From contig CAWFQL010000012.1 in the NCBI GenBank assembly GCA_963817915.1, positions 96,001 to 160,000 of the forward strand: a stretch of DNA of 64,000 nucleotides, given 5' to 3'. The DNA comes from an uncultured candidate division Zixibacteria bacterium. GTDB taxonomy: Bacteria; Zixibacteria; MSB-5A5; UBA10806. Shown piece by piece: positions 10,522-19,751 of the stretch. A program made the translations under genes and the position numbers. The notes below the pieces were generated by a model, which was not told where the DNA came from, searched no databases, and was given only the letters and a program-made list of their open reading frames with translations. The stretch's first letter is position 1; every line of letters starts with the position of its first letter.

Positions 10522-11682
10522 ATGAAGATCGCGTATTTCGATTGTTTCTCAGGGATAGCGGGCGATATGATAATCGGCGCCTTGCTTGACTCCGGCCTGC
10601 CATTCGATGATTTCAAATTGCAAATCTCCAAATTAAATCTAAGCGGATATGAATTATCCAGCCAGAAAGTGACTCGCAATCATATTTCAGCGACCCAATT
10701 CAATGTGAAGGTCATAGAAAAACAGCCGCATCGCAGCCTTGCCGAAATCGAAGATATAATATCTAAATCCAAGTTGGAGGATGCCGTTAAAGCGGATTCA
10801 ATCAAAATATTCCAACGTCTCGGCGAAGCGGAAGCAAAAGCGCACGGGGAGCCAATCGATAAAGTTCATTTCCATGAGGTTGGCGCTGTAGACGCCATAA
10901 TCGATATTTGCGGGGCAGTTTTGGGTTTGCGAAAGCTCGGGATCGAAAAGATATATTCATCGCCATTATCATTGGGAAGCGGCATGATAAATACCGATCA
11001 CGGCTTGATGCCTATCCCTGCGCCGGCGACTGCGGAATTAATAAAGGGCATACCCTCGAAGATAACCGATATAACAGGCGAATTAACCACGCCGACCGGT
11101 GCGGCGATTATAACGACATTAGCGAAATTCGAAGACCCCGGCGTTTTCAATATTCAAAGTACCGGATATGGAGCCGGAGGCAGGGAGCTGAAAGAAATTC
11201 CGAATCTCTTGAGAGTTAATATCGGCGAAAGTTTAGCCGATTTTGAATATGATTCCGTAACGATGATGGAGACAAATCTTGACCGGGTTACTGCCGAAAA
11301 TCTTGGGGGATTGATAAGTGAGCTGATGCGCGCCGGGGCTCTCGATGTCTATATTACCCCTATAGTAATGAAAAAAAACCGGCCGGGTCATCTTCTTTCA
11401 GTCTTGTGCGAGAACGATAAAAAAGATAAATTGGCCAAAATGATTTTTCATTCGGGCAAGACACTCGGAATAAGGACAGATTCGACAAACAGGATAAAAT
11501 TGGCACGGCAGGAAAGATCAGTCAATATTAATGGCGCTGAAATAAATATTAAAATTGCAAAATTAGATTCACAATCAATAATATTCGCGGAATATGACGA
11601 TATGGTAAAGGCAATGGAAAAACTTAGTAAAAGTTATGATGAAATTTATTGTGAGATACTACGCTCCGTGGGAAAGGATTAA
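10522..11682 (+). CDS. larC: Nickel pincer cofactor biosynthesis protein LarC (nickel insertase)
   Basis: YFDCFSGIAGDM, VHFHEVGAVDAIID, PAPAT, ELTTPTGAA and MKKNRPG. Confidence 0.95.
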   Translation: MKIAYFDCFSGIAGDMIIGALLDSGLPFDDFKLQISKLNLSGYELSSQKVTRNHISATQFNVKVIEKQPHRSLAEIEDIISKSKLEDAVKADSIKIFQRLGEAEAKAHGEPIDKVHFHEVGAVDAIIDICGAVLGLRKLGIEKIYSSPLSLGSGMINTDHGLMPIPAPATAELIKGIPSKITDITGELTTPTGAAIITTLAKFEDPGVFNIQSTGYGAGGRELKEIPNLLRVNIGESLADFEYDSVTMMETNLDRVTAENLGGLISELMRAGALDVYITPIVMKKNRPGHLLSVLCENDKKDKLAKMIFHSGKTLGIRTDSTNRIKLARQERSVNINGAEINIKIAKLDSQSIIFAEYDDMVKAMEKLSKSYDEIYCEILRSVGKD

Positions 11683-11685
11683 GGA

Positions 11686-12678
11686 ATGGCTAACGGGATA
11701 AGGATTTTGACATTTGCGGAGATAAAGGATGGCAAATTAGCGCCGGTTTCCAGAGAGGCTGTTGGAATCGCGCGAAAGATGGCGGATGAAAAATCAGGAA
11801 TGGTAATTTCGGTTTTAATTGGCGATCGTATAGCGTCCATGGCCGACAACTTGATAAGGCTCGGCGCTGATAAGGTAATAATTTGCGAATCACTGCAATT
11901 GGCGGATTTTGTAGATGAGTCTTACTGCAAGATAATGGAAGATGCCATAGCAACCGAAAATGCCACTGTAATTCTCGGCGGGGCGACATTCACCGGGAAA
12001 TTCCTGTTTGGCCGTCTCGCCGCGAGACTATCATCTGGGCTGGCCGCCGATATTACGGCATTGGAGTGGGATAACAATAACATACTCGCGACCCGGCCCG
12101 CATATGGGGGCAAGGCGATCCTGAAAGTTTCGCCGGTTGGCCCCGGCCCGCAAATGGCAACCTTAAGACCCAAGGCATTCCCGGAGCCCGCATCGGAACC
12201 ATCGAGGACAGGGGAGAAGGTCAATTTGGTATTCGACGAGACCAAGTTCGGAGCAAGAACCAAAATCCTTCAAAGCGTTTCCGAGCAGGGAAACGAAATC
12301 AGTTTGACCGATGCCGATATAATTGTATCCGGCGGACGGGGCCTGCGCGCGCCCGAAAATTTCAAATTGGTTCGTGATCTTGCAAACGCGCTTGGCGCCG
12401 CGGTAGGAGCATCGAGAGCCACGGTCGATGCCGGCTGGATTCCTTACGCGTACCAGGTAGGACAAACAGGTAAAACAGTTAACCCCAAGCTGTATGTCGC
12501 CTGCGGTATTTCCGGAGCGATTCAACATCTGGTGGGTATGCAATCATCCAAAACTATCGTGGCAATCAATCGTGATGAAGAAGCGCCGATTTTTAAAGTA
12601 GCGACTTACGGAATTGTCGGGGATATATTTGAAATCCTGCCGAAGCTGACTGAAAAAATCAGACAGAAATCGGCATAG
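11686..12678 (+). CDS. etfA: Electron transfer flavoprotein alpha subunit
   Basis: VSGGRGL, GASRA.VDAGW, QVGQTGKTV.PKLY.ACGISGAIQHLVGM. Confidence 0.95.
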   Translation: MANGIRILTFAEIKDGKLAPVSREAVGIARKMADEKSGMVISVLIGDRIASMADNLIRLGADKVIICESLQLADFVDESYCKIMEDAIATENATVILGGATFTGKFLFGRLAARLSSGLAADITALEWDNNNILATRPAYGGKAILKVSPVGPGPQMATLRPKAFPEPASEPSRTGEKVNLVFDETKFGARTKILQSVSEQGNEISLTDADIIVSGGRGLRAPENFKLVRDLANALGAAVGASRATVDAGWIPYAYQVGQTGKTVNPKLYVACGISGAIQHLVGMQSSKTIVAINRDEEAPIFKVATYGIVGDIFEILPKLTEKIRQKSA

Positions 12679-12710
12679 ATTTTCATCGCTCATATTAATA
12701 GGAGTTAAAT

Positions 12711-13376
12711 ATGCCCGAAGCGACATTAGCGATTCTCCTCTGGACAGCGGTATCGATAGGGTTTATTCACACTCTTATTGGCCCCGACCATTATTTGCCG
12801 TTTATAGTGATCGGCAAGGCGCGTAATTGGACCATAACCAAGACTTTGTTTATAACATTCTTATGTGGTATCGGTCATGTGCTATCATCGGTGCTGATTG
12901 GCGCGATCGGTATCGCCATTGGGAGCGCCATCGGCGATCTCCAATCTATAGAGAAAGTCCGCGGAGATATTGCCAGCTATTCGCTGATCGGTTTTGGAAT
13001 TGCCTACGGAATTTGGGGATTGTGGAGAGCGCGAAAAAGCCACGGTCACAGCCATCTGCCCGGCGGTAAACATTTGAATCAGGAAAATGCGCGATCAGTC
13101 ACTTTTTGGACATTGTTTATTGTTTTTGTTCTCGGACCATGCGAGCCATTGATACCGTTGCTGATGTTTCCGGCGGTCAAACATGACTGGCATGGTGTTG
13201 TCGTGGTTACGTTGGCGTTCGGCATAGTCACTATTGGCACAATGTGCGTAATTGTTTATTCGGCGGCCAGGGGACTCGCGACGTTAAAAACACAACTGAT
13301 GGAAAAATATGTACATGCCATGGCAGGCGGTATAATCGCTCTTTCCGGGATGGCGATAAAAATATTTGGGATTTAG
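12711..13376 (+). CDS. Putative Ni/Co transporter (UreH/NicO/DsbD_2-like membrane protein)
   Basis: H...GPDH motif, GIGHV, His-rich loop HGHSH, GPCE, about six TM segments; lies downstream of larBC. Confidence 0.75.
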   Translation: MPEATLAILLWTAVSIGFIHTLIGPDHYLPFIVIGKARNWTITKTLFITFLCGIGHVLSSVLIGAIGIAIGSAIGDLQSIEKVRGDIASYSLIGFGIAYGIWGLWRARKSHGHSHLPGGKHLNQENARSVTFWTLFIVFVLGPCEPLIPLLMFPAVKHDWHGVVVVTLAFGIVTIGTMCVIVYSAARGLATLKTQLMEKYVHAMAGGIIALSGMAIKIFGI

Positions 13377-13460
13377 AAATTATTTCGAAATGAATAAATG
13401 AATAGACAATTATATCGAGGATTATGCATTATCAGAGTAAATGATAATGAAAGGGATTAG

Positions 13461-14927
13461 ATGAAATCAAGAATATCGGTATTATGTGCCTCTCTTATTT
13501 TAGTAATATCATTGTCAATTTCGGCGGCCCCGAATATTGATTCTACGAGATTCGATCCGCTGATTAAGACACAATGGTACGGCATGTATATGCAAGGGGG
13601 TAAGGTTGGATATGTTCAGATAGGTCTTGATAAGATTAATTCTCCGATAAGCGGTTGGTGTTATAAAACCATTATGACGATTGAAACCAAAATGGGAGAT
13701 ACATCGGTCAAAATGGTCACCAACGACTCCAGGTTCTATCGATCGCCCGGCGGAGAACTCGACTCGTCCTACCTCATTATTTCCAGCCCCACTGGAGATA
13801 ATAATGTTATTGGAAGGAGAGATGGCGAATCATTTAAAGTCGTTTCGAATATCGGGGGGCAGACAAAAGAAAAATCATTTAATTATCCGATGGATTTCCT
13901 CGATAGCACCACATTCCTGGAATTGAAAATCCTTAACGGCCAGATATCGGTCGGCGATAGTTTTAGTTTCTCGAACTTCGAGCCCACGCCGCCATTGACT
14001 GGAATTATTCATCAGAAAGCTAAGGTAAAATCCAGGGATGAATTTGTATTTAACGGCGTTCCGACGGAGGTTTTGACAATCTCCGGGTACATTCCTGAAT
14101 TGGGAGTAACCGTCGAGACAAAAGTTGATCGAAACGGCAATCAGCTGGAAAATACTTTGGGCCAGGGAATCATGCTAAAACTTGAATCAGAGACGCAAGC
14201 AAAACAACTGGATAATACATTCGATTTGCTATCCAATAGTCTCGTTAAAGCGGATAAGAAAATTGATGATCCGAAGGCGCTTAAATCTATGAGAATAAAA
14301 CTCAGCGGGATTTCGTCGAACGATATAATTCAAACGGACATGCAAAAGAAGAGAACTGATAAATCAGGCGGTCTGATATTGACAATTAAAGCTCGTCAAC
14401 TGCCGCCCAGCGCTATCAAAATACCGATTAAATCAAAAGTGTTTTTGCCTGATTTAGCAGCGGATCCCCTGATTCAATCTGATGATCCCCAGATTATCGC
14501 TCTGGCCAAGCAAATTATCGGCGACGAAACGAATGCATGGCATGTCGCCCAAATGATAAACAAATGGGTTTTTGAAAATATCGACAAGCAGTTCACTCCG
14601 GATTTCTCCAACGCACTTCAGACATTGCATTCCAAACGAGGCGATTGCGGAGAGCATTCAGCATTAATGGTTGCTCTGTTGAGGGCAGTAGGCATTCCCT
14701 CCCATGTTGTTGCGGGGTTGATCTATTGGCCGCCAGGAAATGGTTTCGGATATCATGCCTGGGTCGAGGCTTATGTCGGTCACTGGAGGCAACTGGATCC
14801 AACATGGAATGAGGATTTTCCGAATCCCACTCATATCGCATTGGCCCGCGGCGATATCATAAATCAAGCTATGGTCATTGGAAAGGCCATGGGTAATTTG
14901 AAAATAGAAATTCTGGGAACGGAATAA
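13461..14927 (+). CDS. Secreted transglutaminase-like domain protein
   Basis: Signal peptide and catalytic triad motifs GDCGEH, YHAWVE and LDPTW. Confidence 0.88.
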   Translation: MKSRISVLCASLILVISLSISAAPNIDSTRFDPLIKTQWYGMYMQGGKVGYVQIGLDKINSPISGWCYKTIMTIETKMGDTSVKMVTNDSRFYRSPGGELDSSYLIISSPTGDNNVIGRRDGESFKVVSNIGGQTKEKSFNYPMDFLDSTTFLELKILNGQISVGDSFSFSNFEPTPPLTGIIHQKAKVKSRDEFVFNGVPTEVLTISGYIPELGVTVETKVDRNGNQLENTLGQGIMLKLESETQAKQLDNTFDLLSNSLVKADKKIDDPKALKSMRIKLSGISSNDIIQTDMQKKRTDKSGGLILTIKARQLPPSAIKIPIKSKVFLPDLAADPLIQSDDPQIIALAKQIIGDETNAWHVAQMINKWVFENIDKQFTPDFSNALQTLHSKRGDCGEHSALMVALLRAVGIPSHVVAGLIYWPPGNGFGYHAWVEAYVGHWRQLDPTWNEDFPNPTHIALARGDIINQAMVIGKAMGNLKIEILGTE

Positions 14928-14951
14928 TACAGGTTTTAAATATTAAAAAGC

Positions 14952-14983
14952 AAAGGCGGCATTCATGAATGCCGCCTTTTTTT
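14952..14983. terminator. Bidirectional rho-independent terminator
   Basis: Perfect palindrome AAAGGCGGCATTCA|TGAATGCCGCCTTT with a T tract, between convergent genes. Confidence 0.85.
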
Positions 14984-15004
14984 CATTTATCTTCTGAATT
15001 CTGT

Positions 15005-16378
15005 CTACTTATCGTCGACACTTTTTACAGTCACCGGCCCAATAGTTTTCAGCGCTTCTTGTATATCCGACGCCTTTGACACGATACAGAAATCCATGTT
15101 GTCGGGATCGATATATTTTTGAGCGGCCGCAAGAATATCTTTTTTAGTTACCTTCTTGATATTCGCGGTAAAATCCTGAATGTAGGAAACAGGCAAACCA
15201 TAGAGCTTGATTTTCACTATTTCCGATGCCACCCTTGACGGAGTTTCTAGCGACATTGGATAATACCCCGACCAGAAATTGACAGCCTCATTGAATTCCT
15301 GATCCGTTACCTCTGCGGTTCGCATATTCTTGATGACCTCGATGGCCATTTTAATCGCCTTGAGAGTCGAATCGTTTTCTGTGAAGGTATTGCAGTAATA
15401 GGCCGCGGGTAATTTATTCCATTCATTTGTGGTACGGATATCGTAAGTCAGGCCGCCTTCAACACGCACTTTTTCCGTAAGGCGTGAGGTGAATGACGAA
15501 CCCAGAATATAATTCATAAGGAGCAAGCTGTAATAATCAGGACTATTGCGAGTAATCCCGAAATGGCCAAAACGAATATTTGCCTGAGACGCGTCAGGTT
15601 TGTTTATCAATAGAATCTTGTACCCTTTAGGCGCTTCAGTGGAAGGGAAATTGACTGTAGGGATATCGCTTTTGGACCAGTTCTTGAAGGCAGAATTGGC
15701 TTTTTTAATGATATCATCCGGTTTCACGTCACCAGCGACAATAAACATGGCGTTATTGGGATGATAATAATCCTTATAGAATTTCACGATATCGTCGCGC
15801 GTGATTGAATTGACTGTCGCTTCGGTGCCTTCCTGCGGCAGACCGTAGGGATGAGCGCCAAAGAGCATCGAATTAAAACCATTCTCTACGAGGCTGTTAG
15901 CGTCATCCTTCGCCTGGACAATGCCGCTGAGGATTTGATTGCGCAATCTGGAAATTTCCGTCGTATCGAAAACAGGGTTTTGAACAATATCCGCAAGTAG
16001 ACTAAGGCCAACATCAAAGTGCTTCAATAACACACTTGCGCTGGCGGCAGTGTAGTCGCGATTCGATGAAGCGTCGAGCGAGCCGCCGACAAAATCGATT
16101 GCCTCGGATATTTCCACGGCGTTTTTGGTTTTCGTACCTTTGCGCAGCATTCCGGCAGTGAAATCCGCCAATCCCGCCTTGCCTGCAGGATTGAATGACG
16201 AACCGGATTTTATTACTACCTGCATTGCCACGATCGGCAATTCATGATTTTCGATTATGATTACGTTAAGACCATTATCAAGAGTCTTTTCCGTAATCGG
16301 GGGGAGTTTGAGATCGCCAGCAAGAGCCAGAGAAAATCCGAAGGCGATCATTATCATGATAATAATATTCTTCTTCAT
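15005..16378 (-). CDS. M16 family peptidase, non-catalytic subunit (exported)
   Basis: M16-like sequence (LDNGL.V, GLA..TA.ML..GT, SRL...VR...GL.Y) lacking HXXEH; signal peptide present. Confidence 0.9.
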   Translation of the reverse strand: MKKNIIIMIMIAFGFSLALAGDLKLPPITEKTLDNGLNVIIIENHELPIVAMQVVIKSGSSFNPAGKAGLADFTAGMLRKGTKTKNAVEISEAIDFVGGSLDASSNRDYTAASASVLLKHFDVGLSLLADIVQNPVFDTTEISRLRNQILSGIVQAKDDANSLVENGFNSMLFGAHPYGLPQEGTEATVNSITRDDIVKFYKDYYHPNNAMFIVAGDVKPDDIIKKANSAFKNWSKSDIPTVNFPSTEAPKGYKILLINKPDASQANIRFGHFGITRNSPDYYSLLLMNYILGSSFTSRLTEKVRVEGGLTYDIRTTNEWNKLPAAYYCNTFTENDSTLKAIKMAIEVIKNMRTAEVTDQEFNEAVNFWSGYYPMSLETPSRVASEIVKIKLYGLPVSYIQDFTANIKKVTKKDILAAAQKYIDPDNMDFCIVSKASDIQEALKTIGPVTVKSVDDK

Positions 16379-16391
16379 ATTGCCATTCTCC

Positions 16392-17732
16392 TTAATTCTG
16401 GCTGGTAGGCGGTTGCTGTTTGGGTTTCTCCGGAATCAAATTTATCACGGTGCGATTCCAGTCAGAAAGATACTTATTCGCCGCCTTCATTACATCCTGT
16501 GCGGTTACGGCCTGAATTTTATCGGGATAATTATAGATATTCATATAATCTTCGGTATCTATCTGGAACGATCCCACGGAGCTTGCGCGATCTTCATTGG
16601 ACTGCAGACCCATAATGAATTCCGCTTCCATCTGGTTTTTCGCTTTTTGAAGTTCATTTTCGGAAATCGGCTCTGTCTTAAGCTTGTCTATCTCTTCGAA
16701 CATTTCCTTTTTGATATCATCCATGCTTACGCCGGGATTGGCTTGAGACATCACATAAAACAACGCCGGGTCATGATGTTCAGCAGCTTCGCCTTCTACG
16801 AATAAGGCTTTTTGCTCTTGATATACAAGACGATGGTAGAGTCTCGATGATTCGCCGTTAAAAAGCACTCTGGCAGCAATCTTCAATGGCACGATATCCG
16901 GATCGGTAGCCGCTGGAATCTTATAACCGGCAATCACGGCAGGCAATTGAGCAGTTCTGTGAAAATCGATTCTCTTTTCGCCCTTTTGTTCTGGCTCGAC
17001 TGTTTTCACGGTCGGCAGCGGAGTTGTAGTTTTGATTGAGGCATAGTATTTCTTAACAATATTCATTGTTTCTTTAGGATCGATATCGCCTGCGATCACG
17101 AGGAAGCTATTGTTGGGCGAGTATTGCGTATTGTAGTAATTTAAACAATCGGCCAACGAAAGATTTTTAATGTCGGACAAAAATCCGATTGGCAGCCATC
17201 TATATGGCTGTGCAACGAATGCATTATTGAAAAGCATCTCGTACATCGCGCCGAATGGCGAATTCTCGAAACGCCAGAGCCTTTCGTTGACAACAACATT
17301 TCGCTCGGAGGTTACATTCTCCTCATTGATCTTAAGGTTTCTGGAACGATCGGCCTCAAGTGATAGCGCGATTTCAAGTTTGTCACTCGGCATCACTTCG
17401 TAGAATGTCGTATTGTCGAATGAAGTCCAGGCGTTGTTAATTCCGCCATTGCCATTGACGAGACGATCGAAGACATCTTTAGGATATTTTTCTGTTCCCT
17501 TGAACATCATGTGCTCGAATAGATGAGAAATGCCGGTAATTCCCGGGCGTTCATTGCGGCTCCCGGTCTTATACCATACTTGCACAGTTACCGACGGGCA
17601 GGAATGGTCCGGAATCATAACGACCATCAGGCCGTTATCGAGCTGCTGTTTCTCTATCGGGAACGCCAGCTCGCCCGCGAATGCCGTCGCTGTAATCAAA
17701 AGCAATGCTAACATCACGGTACAATATTTCAT
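16392..17732 (-). CDS. M16 family zinc peptidase, catalytic subunit (exported)
   Basis: GISHLFEHMMFKG and NAWTSFDNT. GGAGG SD precedes ATG 17732; signal peptide present. Confidence 0.93.
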   Translation of the reverse strand: MKYCTVMLALLLITATAFAGELAFPIEKQQLDNGLMVVMIPDHSCPSVTVQVWYKTGSRNERPGITGISHLFEHMMFKGTEKYPKDVFDRLVNGNGGINNAWTSFDNTTFYEVMPSDKLEIALSLEADRSRNLKINEENVTSERNVVVNERLWRFENSPFGAMYEMLFNNAFVAQPYRWLPIGFLSDIKNLSLADCLNYYNTQYSPNNSFLVIAGDIDPKETMNIVKKYYASIKTTTPLPTVKTVEPEQKGEKRIDFHRTAQLPAVIAGYKIPAATDPDIVPLKIAARVLFNGESSRLYHRLVYQEQKALFVEGEAAEHHDPALFYVMSQANPGVSMDDIKKEMFEEIDKLKTEPISENELQKAKNQMEAEFIMGLQSNEDRASSVGSFQIDTEDYMNIYNYPDKIQAVTAQDVMKAANKYLSDWNRTVINLIPEKPKQQPPTSQN

Positions 17733-17795
17733 TGTTCCTCCAAACAAAATCTAATGGTTTCATATTTCCGCTGCGATTTCATTCGTCTAATCCGA

Positions 17796-19688
17796 TCATT
17801 TTTGCAGGTATTTCGCCAGGAATTTTTCCATGGCATCATAAAATTCAAATCTGTTTTCCTCGTTGTGAAATCCATGGCCTTCATCATTTTTGACAATATA
17901 AGTGACGTCGATACCCTTTTTCTTTAAGGCATCGACAATCTGGTTGGATTCATTGATATTTACTCGAGGGTCATTGGCTCCCTGCGCGACCAACATCGGT
18001 ACTTTAATATTGTCCGCGTGAAAGACCGGCGATGTTTCGGCCAATTGAGTGCTGTCCTTTTGAGGATCGCCTACCATTTCATAAAACATATCGAGGTATG
18101 GCTTCCAGTATGGAGGTATCGATTTCATGAATGTAAACAAATTGGAAACTCCAACATAATCAACACCACAGACATATAGATCAGGCGTGAATGTCACACC
18201 TGCCAGTGTTGCATAGCCGCCATAGCTGCCGCCGTAAATTGCGATATGCTTGGGATCGGCAATTCCCTGATCGATAAGCCATTTAACTCCATCGCTGATA
18301 TCATTCTGCATGGTTTTGCCCCATTGCTTGAATGACGCTTCCCAGAATTTCTTTCCATAACCGGTCGAACCCCTGAAATTCATCTGCAAAACCGCATATC
18401 CTCGATTAGCAAGGAATTGGATTTCAGGATTGAATGTCCAACTATCTCTATACCAGGGGCCGCCATGGGGATTTACAACTACGGGCAGATTTTTGGGGTC
18501 TTTGCCCTTAGGCAATGTCAGATAGCCATTGATGGTGAGGCCATCTCTTGATTTATAAGTAATTGGTTTCATCTCTGCCATGTCATCGGCATTTAGCCAG
18601 GGATTTCTGTCAGCCAATTTCGTCAACTTGCCGGTTTTAGTTTCATATAGATAGTAGGAGCCCATAGTCCGGTCATTGTAATTGCGGATAGTGAAGACAT
18701 CTTCGCTTTTATTGTTTGAGGTAATAAGCACTATCATACCCGGAAGTTGTTTTTCGATTTTGGCGTAGATATCGCCGGTTTCTTTATCGAGAATTTTTCG
18801 TTGCGGTTTCCAGGTCGTATAGTCTATTTCTGTCAAAACCTTTCTTTTTTTCGAGTACGACATCGATTCTACATCGACATCGGGGTTTTCGTAAATGACT
18901 TCCAATTCTTTATTGCTGGCCAAATCATATTTTACAATTGCCACTTTGTCGCGTCCCAGATTTGATGCCGCGTAGATATTTTTATTGTCAAAAGTAAAGA
19001 ACAACGGGGAGAATGATTCTTTAAAATTGGTGCTTAGGATAGTCCGGAATGAATCCTGTTCGGTCGCCCTATATAATATGCTGGTATTAACACCGTCGGT
19101 TGTTGTCGCAATTCTGATCTTGCCTTCATGATCGGTCCTCCAGCTTGTGATATTACCGGGATTCTCCGCGATCATCTTGAGCTCCCCCGTAACTACATTA
19201 AGCCGGTAGGCGTCAAAAACCTGAGGATTTCGTTTGTTCATTTCGATGATGATATCGGTATCGTTATCCTCCAGATCGTCTACAATAGTTACCCTTGCTG
19301 AATCGAAAGGAGTAAGATCGGATTCTTTGGTACCATCCGTATTTACCGCGAATACGTGGAAATTCTCGTTACCGCCGAAATCTTTTAAATAAAGAATAGT
19401 ATTATTACCCTTCCAATAATATTCGGAGATGTCGCGATCGGTTATTGTGGTGACTCTTTTAGCCTCAGACGAGCCCATGGGCCGGACAAATATATTCATG
19501 CGATTTTCGAACGGCTGAATGAATGCCATAGACTTGCCGTCGGGCGAGATCTGAAAATAGGCGATTTCCGGATTTTTGAAAAAATCTCTCATAGGGATTA
19601 ATTTCGCAGTCTGCGCGAATACTGCTGAGATAGAGAACAATAGCAAAAATGCCAGTCCAAAATTAAATGTCATCATTGAGTGCTTCAT
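17796..19688 (-). CDS. S9 family peptidase (prolyl oligopeptidase/acylaminoacyl peptidase)
   Basis: HGGP, GGSYGG, NDPRV and EGHGF triad motifs. AGGAGG SD precedes ATG 19688. Confidence 0.94.
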   Translation of the reverse strand: MKHSMMTFNFGLAFLLLFSISAVFAQTAKLIPMRDFFKNPEIAYFQISPDGKSMAFIQPFENRMNIFVRPMGSSEAKRVTTITDRDISEYYWKGNNTILYLKDFGGNENFHVFAVNTDGTKESDLTPFDSARVTIVDDLEDNDTDIIIEMNKRNPQVFDAYRLNVVTGELKMIAENPGNITSWRTDHEGKIRIATTTDGVNTSILYRATEQDSFRTILSTNFKESFSPLFFTFDNKNIYAASNLGRDKVAIVKYDLASNKELEVIYENPDVDVESMSYSKKRKVLTEIDYTTWKPQRKILDKETGDIYAKIEKQLPGMIVLITSNNKSEDVFTIRNYNDRTMGSYYLYETKTGKLTKLADRNPWLNADDMAEMKPITYKSRDGLTINGYLTLPKGKDPKNLPVVVNPHGGPWYRDSWTFNPEIQFLANRGYAVLQMNFRGSTGYGKKFWEASFKQWGKTMQNDISDGVKWLIDQGIADPKHIAIYGGSYGGYATLAGVTFTPDLYVCGVDYVGVSNLFTFMKSIPPYWKPYLDMFYEMVGDPQKDSTQLAETSPVFHADNIKVPMLVAQGANDPRVNINESNQIVDALKKKGIDVTYIVKNDEGHGFHNEENRFEFYDAMEKFLAKYLQK

Positions 19689-19751
19689 TTTTAACCTCCT
19701 GTCAAATTTTATGTCATTAGAAAACGCGTTGGTCATGATGATAGTTCCAAA

